Of a DNA stretch of 43,202 bases, positions 26,719 through 36,115 are shown piece after piece. Under the pieces are notes generated by a model. The model did no database searches. It worked only from the letters and a program-made list of their open reading frames with translations, and was not told the origin of the DNA. A program made the position numbers and the translations under genes. How positions within the stretch are numbered: position 1 is the stretch's first letter; every line of letters starts with the position of its first letter. Origin of the DNA: a virus (Duplodnaviria; Caudoviricetes); IMG/VR virus record IMGVR_UViG_3300033067_001449, positions 1 to 43,202 of that record. One strand, written 5' to 3'.

Positions 26719-28932
26719 CTACTTGCGGTAACGCTTACCTTGCCAACCGCTAGCAGCGAGCGGCAATCCGTTTGCCCACGGCGGCAATTCCAGCATGATG
26801 CGCGCCATATCCGATTGACTGCCGAAGCTCTCGGGCACGCAAGCAACAGCTTCGTCATGGACGTGAAGCACGATAGAATAATTTGCGGCCTCTAGTCGTG
26901 TTAGAGCGGCCGCTAAGATATCGCGCGCGATTGCTTGCACGTAGTTTTCAACCAGCATTCCGCCATATGGACGGCGGCGCCCCCATTTGCGCGTTTTGCT
27001 ATCGGTTCCCCACGTTTGCAGAGCGTCGCGCGTGTTCTCGCTAAGCTCTGACGCAATCATAAAAGCGCGATCCGAAAACCCGATTAGCTCCGCTTCGCCG
27101 GCGACGCGGATAGCCAATTGATCTAGCGCGCGCTGCGCTTGTTCTGCCGTCATGCGCGAGATATCGACGGCCGGCGCCGTTCCCGTCTCGCCTAGATGCT
27201 CTTGCATTTCCTCGCATAGCCGCGCGGCTTCGCCAGCAATCCGCATGTTGGGCACTTGGATAATAGACGGACCGGCATAAAAGAGGCAGCGGCCGCTAGG
27301 CAGTCGGCACATCAAATAATTGCCGCTCACGCGGTACGCGACCGGACCGACGCGATAGATTGAGCCCTTGGCCTTCACGGCGTTAATCGCGGCTTCCTCT
27401 GTCAGATGCCAAAGCTTTTCCGTCGCGGGGTGCGCCTTGCGCCATCCGCGCTTAATTTCTTCGACTTGGCTAACGGTTAGCGCGTTCTTCGCGTGGCGCG
27501 TCTCGTCGTCATCTTCTACGACGCGAATACCGTAGTTAATCGCCATGCTCGCGAACGCGCCCTTGCCGCCTTGATAGCCAAGCGCAAGCTCTTGGACTTT
27601 GCCTATCTGCCGCTCATCGTCCGTAACATCGCCCGCGTGCTTCCCGAAGCTAGCGCCGTAAGCGACTTTGTAAAGATCATGACCGGCGCCCGCATCGAAC
27701 GCGCGGAACGCTTCTAGCTTCCACGCTTCGCCGGCGCACCATGCGAGCACGCGCCCCTCGATGTTACTGTAATCGTTAGCTATCAGCTTATAGCCCGCGG
27801 GCGCCGCGATCATGCCGCGGACTGAAAGCGACACAGCGTCTATAACGCTGCCGTACCATGCGCGTATAACGTCCGCGCCGTCGTCGCGCTTCGACCACTC
27901 GATTACGTCGTTAACGTCGTATCCCTTTGGAGTGCGCTTTAGGTTTTGTGCTTGAATGCCGCGCCCCGCCCATCGTCCGGTATTGCCGGCGCCCATAAAT
28001 TGCAACGTACCCTTGGCCGTTCCGTCGTCACACGCGCGGGCTAGCATGGCGTCTAGTTTCTTCGCGCTCACCTTGCTCGCTTCGCTGCGAAGCTCGATCA
28101 CGCGTCGCGCCGTATCGCTCGCAATCTCGCCTTTCAACAGTGCGTCAATGTCCGCTTTCTTAAGCGTCTCGGTAGCTACGCCGTTCTCGCCTAGGAACTC
28201 GATAAGCGCCGCAACCTGATTAGCGCTTACTGCCGCCCCGCCCGTAAGGCTCGCAACCTCATCATGCACGCGGCCGCGCTCAAGCTCTGCGAGCGCTGAC
28301 AAGCGCTTGATCGTTTCGATATCGAGCGGCACGCCGCGGCTATTTATCTTGTGGTCTAGCACCCATAGCTCGCGCTCCGCGGGCGGCAACATGACCAGAT
28401 GGCGCATAATGGACATTTCAGCGCGAACGTCTTGCTTGCAGTACTCGACAAGGCGCGGCAGTTCGGCCGTCGGGTCTATAAATTCACCCGTCTTTTTATC
28501 TGGCTTGGCCAGTCGCATCATGAGCTTCGCGCCGGCCTCGTCTTTTTGCTCGGTCACGCGGAGCACGGCCGCGAGCTCACCTAGGCCGGCGGGCAGAGCC
28601 ATCATGAGAGCGCACGCCATTGTGTCGAATACTTGCGACGGCTCTAGCCGCGGCCATAGCGACGGCGCGCGCTTGTGTAGCACTTCATTCCAGACGGCTA
28701 ATTCGAACGCGGCATTACGAGCCCATACCGGGCGCCTCGCTTTAACGTGCTTGATGAGGCGGGCGGGCGGCGCATCTTCGTATGTGTAAGCATCGACCAT
28801 GCTTTCGCCCTCAAACGCGAACGCTAAGCAGAGCACCGAAGTCGAAGCGTCGCGCGCGTATCGCTCCGCGCCAGCCGTCTTGATATTCACACGCGAACGC
28901 GTTTCAAAGTCTATATACGCCGCGTCGTGCAT
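26719..28932 (-). CDS. polA: DNA polymerase, family A (phage type)
   Basis: IDFET exonuclease motif, TGRWAG, DYSNIEGR (A), RQIGKVQELALGY (B), HVHDE (C). Confidence 0.95.
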   Translation of the reverse strand: MHDAAYIDFETRSRVNIKTAGAERYARDASTSVLCLAFAFEGESMVDAYTYEDAPPARLIKHVKARRPVWARNAAFELAVWNEVLHKRAPSLWPRLEPSQVFDTMACALMMALPAGLGELAAVLRVTEQKDEAGAKLMMRLAKPDKKTGEFIDPTAELPRLVEYCKQDVRAEMSIMRHLVMLPPAERELWVLDHKINSRGVPLDIETIKRLSALAELERGRVHDEVASLTGGAAVSANQVAALIEFLGENGVATETLKKADIDALLKGEIASDTARRVIELRSEASKVSAKKLDAMLARACDDGTAKGTLQFMGAGNTGRWAGRGIQAQNLKRTPKGYDVNDVIEWSKRDDGADVIRAWYGSVIDAVSLSVRGMIAAPAGYKLIANDYSNIEGRVLAWCAGEAWKLEAFRAFDAGAGHDLYKVAYGASFGKHAGDVTDDERQIGKVQELALGYQGGKGAFASMAINYGIRVVEDDDETRHAKNALTVSQVEEIKRGWRKAHPATEKLWHLTEEAAINAVKAKGSIYRVGPVAYRVSGNYLMCRLPSGRCLFYAGPSIIQVPNMRIAGEAARLCEEMQEHLGETGTAPAVDISRMTAEQAQRALDQLAIRVAGEAELIGFSDRAFMIASELSENTRDALQTWGTDSKTRKWGRRRPYGGMLVENYVQAIARDILAAALTRLEAANYSIVLHVHDEAVACVPESFGSQSDMARIMLELPPWANGLPLAASGWQGKRYRK

Positions 28933-29007
28933 AGCCGTAGACAGTCACGCGGGGTTATTAGCCTCGCGCGCCCTCTTACTGTTTCTAGTTTTGGAAAGTG
29001 TCTTAGC

Positions 29008-29712
29008 TTACCAAGCGTCTACAGCTTCGGCCTTCGGCGCCGAAGATGCAAATGCGTCCGCGCCGGCGACAGCCGCAAAGCCGTCCGCGTCGTCAATCTT
29101 CGTCGTGCGCAGTCGCGCGCCGTCCGCAAGTTTCTGGAAACCGCCAAGCGCTACGCTAACGCCTGTGTTGCCCTTGTTCGCGTAGCCGAAGAAAGAAACC
29201 TTAACCAAGCCGTAGCAGCCGGCGTAAATCTCCGGGCTATCCTGCGGCAAGCGCACTCTGGCCGCGTTGAACAGCGCGGGCGGGTTCTTTGGCTGACCAT
29301 CCGGCCAAGTCGTGCCTTCCGACGCGTTGAAGAAAAAGCCGTCGTCTCCAAAGCCGTCTTCGCCGGCCGCTTTCTTCACGGCTTGCGAGCGGAACGGCAT
29401 ACGTAGCAACGAGGCGCCGTTCTCGTTCTTAGTCTCTGCAAGTTGCTTCGCTTTCGGGGCGCCGAATTTTGCGACGGCCGCAACTTTAGCCGCGTTAACT
29501 AGCTTAGTAATATCGGTTCGCGCGTCGATAATGAAGCAACCGCTATACTTGCTAACCGGGTTGTCCTTAAACGCTTGCGGCTTCGCAAGCGCCGGGAAGT
29601 GCAGGCGGCAGAAAACCATATAACGGCCATTGCCTTCGCCAGTGTTGGCGTCTACCAGTTCGCGAACCGGATTAGCCGCGATCAGTGCGGCAAGCTGTTT
29701 GTCGTTAATCAT
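29008..29712 (-). CDS. ssDNA-binding protein (DUF2815/T7 gp2.5-like)
   Basis: RLHFP, KYS, EIYAGCY, GNTGVSVALGGFQK..DGARL; acidic aromatic C-terminus. Confidence 0.85.
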   Translation of the reverse strand: MINDKQLAALIAANPVRELVDANTGEGNGRYMVFCRLHFPALAKPQAFKDNPVSKYSGCFIIDARTDITKLVNAAKVAAVAKFGAPKAKQLAETKNENGASLLRMPFRSQAVKKAAGEDGFGDDGFFFNASEGTTWPDGQPKNPPALFNAARVRLPQDSPEIYAGCYGLVKVSFFGYANKGNTGVSVALGGFQKLADGARLRTTKIDDADGFAAVAGADAFASSAPKAEAVDAW

Positions 29713-30901
29713 CTGTAGCTAGTTCCTCTTGCTCAATAAACCCCGACGTGTCGCCTTGCCATGCCGGCCGCTTGTCGCTCGTCGGGGCTAGAGCGGGCTT
29801 ACCGTCGCGTTTTTTCACAAGCGCGTTTTCGAGCGTTGCGAAAACCTTTTTGCCTAGAGCTTTTTCAGCTTGCGGCGGGCTGATAAGTTTCTTTTCCCAA
29901 GGGTTGCAGGCATTAGATACGCGCTGAATTTCCTTGGCAATTTCGTCCGCGGATTTGTCAGGCGTCCAATCGCGCGAACCGCGACCCAATACCCATTTAA
30001 ACCCGACTGGCATGCGGCCTCGTGTCGCCTCTTGCTCCGCCAGTGTCTCAATGCCCTTGACGTAAGCCTTGAGCGCCGGGAGATCGGCTAGCCGCTTGCC
30101 TAGTTCATCGCTGGCCATAACCGCGGCGTCAGGCGCGGACGTAAACCCTTCCGCAAGCGCCGCATCCGCGCGCGCTTTAAGAGCCGGACAAGCGCCGTTG
30201 CGCGCTCCGCAAAAAGTCTTATTGCACCATTCGCCGGGATTGAGCGGCGCGTCTTTCTTGCGCGTCGCGGCCACCCATTCCGCAAGGTCCATTGACCAGT
30301 CTACAAGCTCTAGCTCGTCAAAGGTCACAGTCTTGATAGGCTCGCCATGCGCGCGGGGCTGCACAATGCTGCAAACTATTTTGTCGATGCCTTCGCTGCG
30401 GTGTTTTTGCCAAGCGCCGTAAGCGTAGAAACGAAGCTGCTTATTCCCCCGCGCACCGACGACAACGCCAACGCCGTGCTTATAATCATCGACGTAAAGC
30501 GTTCGCTCGCTCGGCACATAAACGCACGCGTCATTAGTGCCGAATAGCTCCGCGTCGATCTCAGCAAGGCAAAACTTTGCTTCGACGTGCAAGATCGCTC
30601 CGGGTTTATCCGAGTGCGAATAGACGTGATCGAGATAGACGTTAATCGGCTCCGCCAGTTCTTCGGTCATTACAACGTTAACGAGTCGCGCGTCCACTCG
30701 CGTTCCGATATATTCTCGCGCGTCGCGGGCGCCTTCCTTCAAGAGATATTCGCACCAATTATGCGCGGCCGTGCCTTCGTCCGCTGCTTTGCCGGCGCGC
30801 TGCTTAGGCAGCGTATCAAGTAGCGCGACACTGCCAGGGCAGTTTGACCACCGCTCGCACGATGACGCGCCAAGCTTGGAATGTAGCTTTTCGAGCCTCA
30901 T
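29705..30901 (-). CDS. DUF2800 Cas4-like PD-(D/E)XK nuclease
   Basis: HSKLGASS..RWSNCPGS, EGTAAH, FGTND, DYKHG, QLRFYA, IVQPR, WC..FC...CP. Confidence 0.88.
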   Translation of the reverse strand: MRLEKLHSKLGASSCERWSNCPGSVALLDTLPKQRAGKAADEGTAAHNWCEYLLKEGARDAREYIGTRVDARLVNVVMTEELAEPINVYLDHVYSHSDKPGAILHVEAKFCLAEIDAELFGTNDACVYVPSERTLYVDDYKHGVGVVVGARGNKQLRFYAYGAWQKHRSEGIDKIVCSIVQPRAHGEPIKTVTFDELELVDWSMDLAEWVAATRKKDAPLNPGEWCNKTFCGARNGACPALKARADAALAEGFTSAPDAAVMASDELGKRLADLPALKAYVKGIETLAEQEATRGRMPVGFKWVLGRGSRDWTPDKSADEIAKEIQRVSNACNPWEKKLISPPQAEKALGKKVFATLENALVKKRDGKPALAPTSDKRPAWQGDTSGFIEQEELATDD

Positions 30902-31281
30902 GCCGCACCGTCCGGGGCGCCGGCCGTCAATGCTTCGATACGCGAGCGCGCGGGAGCGACGTCAGCCCTACCGCCAGTCAGCGCGCCTAGGCAGCGTTCG
31001 ACGCCTTTCCATTGGCGTACAACATGGCAGTAGTCCGGGTTAGCGTCGTTTGTAATCGCGAGCAAAGCGACTTCCGAGTACAGCCGCTTATTCAGCCGCG
31101 CCATATCATCGCGCCAATAGTGGCCGTCACTCATGGGATGGACATTCAGGAACAAATCGCGCGGGCTTTCTTCACCGACAACGGCGCAAAATTGCCTATA
31201 CGTGTCCAAGTCGAAACCGGCGCTAGCCATGCAATCAAGCTGTACGGCTGTAACGGCGGGGAGCTCTGTAATATGTGACAT
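30898..31281 (-). CDS. Hypothetical protein
   Basis: Co-oriented, ATGA-coupled to nuclease. Confidence 0.6.
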   Translation of the reverse strand: MSHITELPAVTAVQLDCMASAGFDLDTYRQFCAVVGEESPRDLFLNVHPMSDGHYWRDDMARLNKRLYSEVALLAITNDANPDYCHVVRQWKGVERCLGALTGGRADVAPARSRIEALTAGAPDGAA

Positions 31282-31368
31282 GGCGCTAGCCTTTAGAGAG
31301 TGGGGTAACCCGCGACGACGGCCGCTAAGCGAGACCGTGCGCGGCGTGTTGTCGCCGCGGGTATGGGA

Positions 31369-31971
31369 TTAGACCGACGCAGCGATGAGCGCGGCCATGC
31401 GGTCAACAACAATCCGGCGCTTATCCGCGGGGACGGTTGTCATGCGTTCGGCGCCCGTGTCTTTCAGGACTTTGGGCAGATGCACGCGCCAATCCGGCAG
31501 CGTGATAAATTGCTGGAATGTGATCTTGTAATACGCCTCGCTTACGTCGCCGCTTGCGGGCTTAGCGGCCGGCGCGGGCTCAGGTTCAATAGCGGCGTCC
31601 CAGTCGTCGGCGGTGGCAACAGGCGCGGGCTTAGCAGATGCTACAGGCGCCGGGGCGGGCGGCGTAGCGGCGGCTTCGGCAGCGCGCGCGGCTTCCATTT
31701 CAGCCTTGGTGCGACGCGAGCGCGACGGCTTCACTTCTGGTAGCTGATCGGCCAAAGACGGGTTAAGCGTCTCGGCGTTAGCGCGCGCCTCGTCAAACGT
31801 CGTAGGCGGCACGGCGACGGGCGCGGCTTCCTCGATTGGCTTAGCGGGAGCGGCGGTAAGCGCCGGCGCCGCGGCTTCGAGCTCCGCCGTGATCGGTTCA
31901 AGCTTGGCCGCGAACGCCATAGCGGCGGCGATAGTTTCGAAGTCGTGTGAGATTGAAACTGTGATTTTCAT
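31369..31971 (-). CDS. Hypothetical Ala/Pro-rich protein of replication module
   Basis: MKITVSI start, low-complexity linker, RSRRTKAEMEA motif. Confidence 0.65.
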   Translation of the reverse strand: MKITVSISHDFETIAAAMAFAAKLEPITAELEAAAPALTAAPAKPIEEAAPVAVPPTTFDEARANAETLNPSLADQLPEVKPSRSRRTKAEMEAARAAEAAATPPAPAPVASAKPAPVATADDWDAAIEPEPAPAAKPASGDVSEAYYKITFQQFITLPDWRVHLPKVLKDTGAERMTTVPADKRRIVVDRMAALIAASV

Positions 31972-32065
31972 AGTTGTAGCGCCTAGCAATTGTTTCGGGT
32001 TTCCTAGACGCTTAGCGCGTCTCGCTCACCTAATATGCGATTTGAACGTAAACAATCTATTGATT

Positions 32066-33346
32066 TTAGAGCACTTCCGCCAATAATCGGTTTTTGCGCT
32101 CGAGCGTGCGGCAAATCACATCGTCAATGCTGCCGGCCAGTGTGCAGAGGCTTGCTACGACTTCGCGCTTTTGGCCTTTGCGCCATACGCGAGCGATCAT
32201 TTGCGTATTATCTTTAGGCGTCCAAGCCGGTTCAGCTATCAGGACGCGCCGGCCGGCTACCGCGGTTAGCCCTTCGCTCGCGCTTTGAGTTTGCCAGATA
32301 TTCACGCGCGGACCGTCCGGGCGCTCGAATGCGTCAATGATGCTCTGGCGTTTACCGGCCGAAGTGCGGCCATCCAATACGGGCGCCTCGATATTCCGCT
32401 CCGCGAGCGCCGCGCGTATCGCGTCTATAACGGCCGTGTGCTGCGCAAATACTAGTACTTTCGGTTCGCCGGCCTCGAGCTCGTTAATGGCCAGATCGGC
32501 AACCGCGGCAGCTTTGGCTATGCCTGCTAGCCGGCGAATTGTCGCTATATACGGCGTATCGAGAAAAGCCCAATCGCCCGCGCGCTCCGCGTCTAGGATT
32601 GCTTGCCGCGTCGCCTCGTCCATTTCCGCGTTGAGCGCTCGAGCGTCGCCCGGAACTGGCAGCGACGCGACGCGGAGCGGCGGCAATCCTTCTATAGCGG
32701 TCCGCCGCAGCATGACCGGGGCTAGCAGTTGCTTTAGCAGCGCAACGTTTTTATTGCCCACAATCTTAGGACCGTTTTGCGTTTCTATGACAATGCAAAA
32801 CTGTTCTTCGAAGCTCCGCTTGTTGCCAGTCCATACGCCCGCCGCGCGCGCGAACGTGTAGAGCTCCCCTAGATTGTTAGGCGCCGGCGTCCCGGTCATC
32901 CAAAGCATATTGCGGGTTTTGGCGACAATTCGCCGTTTCAAAGTGAGAATTTTTTTTGTGCGTTCTGCACTCGGTTCCTTAAGTGCATGCGCTTCGTCGC
33001 ACGCTACGAAGTCCGCGCCCCAATCGTGCAAGGCATCGGCGCGCATCGTGGCAAGCTGATAGCTAATCGCGACAATCCCGCGCGCCGGCAACGCATCTTT
33101 GCCGCTGCGAATGACCGTAACGGGCTCGTCCCATAGTGACCAACGTTCAAACTCGCGTTTGATGTTATCGCGCAGAATAGGCGGGCAAATAACGAGCGCG
33201 CGGCGGGGCTGTAGCATATCAACCGCTTGCACCATTTGCGCCGTCTTGCCTAAGCCGGGGCGGTCCGCAAGCAAGCTAACGGGGCGGCTCGCTATGAAGT
33301 CCGCCCCGCGCTTTTGGTCATCCGTTAGGCTTTGCCAATTAAGCAA
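32066..33346 (-). CDS. SNF2-family helicase
   Basis: LADRPGLGKT, DEAH, MTGTP..N, EGLT, WTP...QMIARVWRKGQ; start probably TTG 33346. Confidence 0.92.
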   Translation of the reverse strand: MLNWQSLTDDQKRGADFIASRPVSLLADRPGLGKTAQMVQAVDMLQPRRALVICPPILRDNIKREFERWSLWDEPVTVIRSGKDALPARGIVAISYQLATMRADALHDWGADFVACDEAHALKEPSAERTKKILTLKRRIVAKTRNMLWMTGTPAPNNLGELYTFARAAGVWTGNKRSFEEQFCIVIETQNGPKIVGNKNVALLKQLLAPVMLRRTAIEGLPPLRVASLPVPGDARALNAEMDEATRQAILDAERAGDWAFLDTPYIATIRRLAGIAKAAAVADLAINELEAGEPKVLVFAQHTAVIDAIRAALAERNIEAPVLDGRTSAGKRQSIIDAFERPDGPRVNIWQTQSASEGLTAVAGRRVLIAEPAWTPKDNTQMIARVWRKGQKREVVASLCTLAGSIDDVICRTLERKNRLLAEVL

Positions 33347-33722
33347 CGGCCGAAGCCTTATCAAGCGCGCGCGGCTTTGGCTGGCCATGCGGCAGAGAGC
33401 GCGGCGCGTTTGTCTGATACATTTGAGCAATACGGCGCGTCGCGTGCGTCATGACAAATTTGAGGCATTTAACTGCGCCCTCATGGGTCGCGATTTGCAG
33501 CGACGCGGCGGCGTACACGGCGACCGCGCACAAATCCTCTTGCGACGTTAGCGCGTCAATGTCCGCGGCCTCGAGGCGGCGCACGTAGAAAACGCGCCCG
33601 TCCGGCATGATGATATATTCAGTCTGCTTAGAGACGTTCCACGGCCAAGCGGTGTTTTTGGCGCTCGGCAGCGACCGGCCGTTAATGGAAAAGTGAACCG
33701 GCTTCGTCGGATCAACTTGCAT
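33339..33722 (-). CDS. Hypothetical protein
   Basis: AGGAG RBS; first gene of leftward replication operon. Confidence 0.65.
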   Translation of the reverse strand: MQVDPTKPVHFSINGRSLPSAKNTAWPWNVSKQTEYIIMPDGRVFYVRRLEAADIDALTSQEDLCAVAVYAAASLQIATHEGAVKCLKFVMTHATRRIAQMYQTNAPRSLPHGQPKPRALDKASAVA

Positions 33723-33822
33723 TTACTACGCTCCTAGTGTGTTTACATATGCAGCCGTTTTAAGCTGCAAAGGTTAACACATTGCAAGCGCTGGGAAAAA
33801 TTCGGTCTGTGAGATTTGTACG

Positions 33823-33871
33823 TTAGCGAATGCTTAGGGATTGCGCGCTATATTCGGGTTATCAGAAACGC
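33823..33871 (+). promoter_or_regulatory. Conserved promoter motif, copy 3
   Basis: TTAG-N7-TTAG, 11 nt, TATATTCGGGTTATCAGAAACGC. Confidence 0.55.
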
Positions 33872-33891
33872 AGACACATAGGGGAATGAAG

Positions 33892-34050
33892 ATGGCACGC
33901 TCCGAAACGAAGGCGCAAAAAATGATCCGGCTAGCGGCACAGGACCGCGCCGGCGCGGCTATCCTCCGGGCTCGCGGCGTTACGGACCACGCCAACGCAT
34001 TAGACGAGCGGGCCGCGCGAAGGGAAAAAAGCTACGGGGGTGCGGCATGA
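33892..34050 (+). CDS. Small hypothetical protein
   Basis: AGGGG RBS; ATGA-coupled to next gene. Confidence 0.55.
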   Translation: MARSETKAQKMIRLAAQDRAGAAILRARGVTDHANALDERAARREKSYGGAA

Positions 34051-34406
34051 GGCGCCCCGCCATCCTAGCACTAGCAGCCGTGGCGCTTATCGCCTCGGCC
34101 GCTCCGGTTGAGGCTCGAGGCACGAAGCGCGGGCGCGATTGCGCCCCGCTGCATTCCGCTTTGCAGGACGGGTTAAGGCACGCAGGCCAATTCGGGCGCG
34201 TTGCCATAACGTCAGTATGCACGGGGCGGCACGCGCGGCATTCGTATCACTATCGCACGAACGGCGGGCGCTCTATGGCCGTTGATTTTCGCGTGCGCGG
34301 CGATTGGCGTGGCGCGGCGCGGGCTCTCCGGGGCTTTGCGGGCGGCTTTGCCCACTACGGCGGCGGTCTGTTTCATCTGGACGTAGGGCCGCGGCGGCGC
34401 TGGTAG
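34047..34406 (+). CDS. Secreted peptidase M15 (YcbK/MepK-like Zn peptidoglycan peptidase)
   Basis: Signal peptide; ITS...SYH...AVDF...HLDVGPRRRW. Confidence 0.72.
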   Translation: MRRPAILALAAVALIASAAPVEARGTKRGRDCAPLHSALQDGLRHAGQFGRVAITSVCTGRHARHSYHYRTNGGRSMAVDFRVRGDWRGAARALRGFAGGFAHYGGGLFHLDVGPRRRW

Positions 34407-34743
34407 TACTACCGCTCGTCGTCGCCGGGAACTCCGGCAGATCGACAGTCTGATTAGCTAGCGCGTGTGTGCAGTCGCCAAGAAACTGAATGCGACCGTC
34501 CGTCACGAATGAGTGGCAGCGGTACGCCTCGCGATACTTTTCAAACCCAGGCTCGGCGTTCGGGTTTGCATCGCGCCACGTCAGTACAGACGGCGTGAAC
34601 GTCGGCGCGTCGCCGTTGCCGTTGAACCCCCATGCGTGAGGGTGTGGCGGCACTGTAACTACGTGCATTTCGTTGCAGCCGGGACACCAGAAACCGACTT
34701 GATCGCCCTCGATGGTCCGCAGTTTCGTGCCAAGTGCGCCCAT
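34273..34743 (-). CDS. DUF6527-like Cys/His protein with C-terminal run-on
   Basis: FWCPGC..MH, WGFNG..DAPTFTPSV, CHSFVTDGRIQFLGDCTH. Confidence 0.65.
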   Translation of the reverse strand: MGALGTKLRTIEGDQVGFWCPGCNEMHVVTVPPHPHAWGFNGNGDAPTFTPSVLTWRDANPNAEPGFEKYREAYRCHSFVTDGRIQFLGDCTHALANQTVDLPEFPATTSGSTTSAAAALRPDETDRRRSGQSRPQSPGEPAPRHANRRARENQRP

Positions 34744-34759
34744 GACTTATCGCTCCCCG

Positions 34760-35008
34760 CTAAACAGCTTCGACGTGATCGGCCACGCGGTCACGAGCCT
34801 TGCCCAAGAGCACGACGGCGTCAGTTAGCGCGACACTTGCGCCAGCGCGCTCTACAGCGTGCATGGCGTTTAGGATAGCAAGCTCCGCATCGCTCATGAA
34901 CTGCATGTCGGCCCGCGTGGCGATACCGTCAGGCCGTTTCGCGGGGCGTGGCCCGCCGTTGGCTTTCCAGTGCGCCAGCATCTTGTCGTAGTCATCGAAA
35001 TAGCTCAC
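34760..35008 (-). CDS. Hypothetical protein
   Basis: GGAGG RBS; AELAI..AMHAVERAGA...LTDAV.LL..ARDRVAD. Confidence 0.65.
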   Translation of the reverse strand: MSYFDDYDKMLAHWKANGGPRPAKRPDGIATRADMQFMSDAELAILNAMHAVERAGASVALTDAVVLLGKARDRVADHVEAV

Positions 35009-35025
35009 GTTCTAACCCTCCGTTC

Positions 35026-35769
35026 TTACAAAGCCCATTCGAGCGACAGCAAGTCGTGTTCGGGCTGTTGTGCTTCTATTTTCGCTTTGTATGCCGCCGC
35101 CTCGCGCCAGCAGTTCGCATTGCGTCCGCCCTTGCGAGCTGCAAACGACCACGCCATGCTATCGGCAGTATGCAACAGTTCGCGCACGAGACGCGAGCCG
35201 AGCGCCGTCGATTTTAAGCCGAACCCATGGAGCCGCAGGTCCGGCCGCTCGCGCTTGATCGCCAACAGCACGTTCTCGATTGCGCCGGGGTCGCCGTTGC
35301 GCTTGCAGACCGAGCCCACGCCAACCCATGCCCCATGCGCCAGCCGATCACCGTACTGCCGAACGTGCGCCACATAGTCGCTTGGCGCGTACCCTTGCAG
35401 CACCGGCATGATGTAGACGCCGCCCGTATCGCTGGCGATGAGGCGGTCATAGCGTTCAATGGTCAAACGCTGGTGATCCGCGACCGTCTTGCCGGTGATC
35501 TTGAGCATGTGCGCCTCGCACATGTAATCTTGCGCAACTGCGGCGAGCAGATTGCCGTTGATAGACCACCGCTTGATGTGCGCGGCGTAGACCTCTGGCG
35601 GCTCTGGGTAGTCGCCGTGCGTCAGGATCGTTGAGAACGCGCCGCTATCCATGATCCAGTCGCCAACCTTGAACGCGGATTTCCGCGTGCGAAGTCTGTT
35701 AATCGATATGAAGGCCGGTTCAACGTGCTGCGCATCAGACGGCTGATGCAGCCCCACGAAAAACCGCAC
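35026..35769 (-). CDS. DpdA/TGT-like guanine transglycosylase (putative 7-deazaguanine DNA modification)
   Basis: MDSGAF, QDYMCE, PVLQG, VGVGSVCKR, LHGFG, DSMAWS motifs. Confidence 0.78.
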   Translation of the reverse strand: MRFFVGLHQPSDAQHVEPAFISINRLRTRKSAFKVGDWIMDSGAFSTILTHGDYPEPPEVYAAHIKRWSINGNLLAAVAQDYMCEAHMLKITGKTVADHQRLTIERYDRLIASDTGGVYIMPVLQGYAPSDYVAHVRQYGDRLAHGAWVGVGSVCKRNGDPGAIENVLLAIKRERPDLRLHGFGLKSTALGSRLVRELLHTADSMAWSFAARKGGRNANCWREAAAYKAKIEAQQPEHDLLSLEWAL

Positions 35770-35784
35770 AACACTTCTCCATTT

Positions 35785-35979
35785 TTATCGCGACGTCATC
35801 TCAAGCCAGTCCACCACGTCGCCATATTCGAGGCCAAGACGATCCGCGACGATGGCGATCAGAAATTCAGTGCTCTTGTCTTCGCCAAATTCTTCCTCGG
35901 CATCATCGAACGCCTTGCGCACCTGCGTTGCTGCTTTCCGCTTCGCGGTCTCCAAGCTCATGCGTTTGGCCTTTGGCAA
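35785..35979 (-). CDS. Small hypothetical protein
   Basis: GAGGAG RBS before TTG start. Confidence 0.55.
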   Translation of the reverse strand: MPKAKRMSLETAKRKAATQVRKAFDDAEEEFGEDKSTEFLIAIVADRLGLEYGDVVDWLEMTSR

Positions 35980-35989
35980 CGTCGTCTCC

Positions 35990-36115
35990 TCATTTGCCCG
36001 CCGCTAGTATCGCCTCGACAAGACACCAGAACGCGAGCGGGTCGTCGCGCTCTGGTGCGATCTTGTCGGCTAGTGCCTGTGCGCGTTCCCAACGCATCCG
36101 CTCCGGTTTCGTCAC
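35990..36115 (-). CDS. 41-aa hypothetical protein (not in ORF track)
   Basis: MTKPERMRWERAQALADKIAPERDDPLAFWCLVEAILAAGK; GTGA coupling. Confidence 0.5.
   Translation of the reverse strand: MTKPERMRWERAQALADKIAPERDDPLAFWCLVEAILAAGK

Noticed and set aside
27020-27250. Intein or intron in PolA
   Set aside because: Frame is continuous and no intein splice-junction motifs are present
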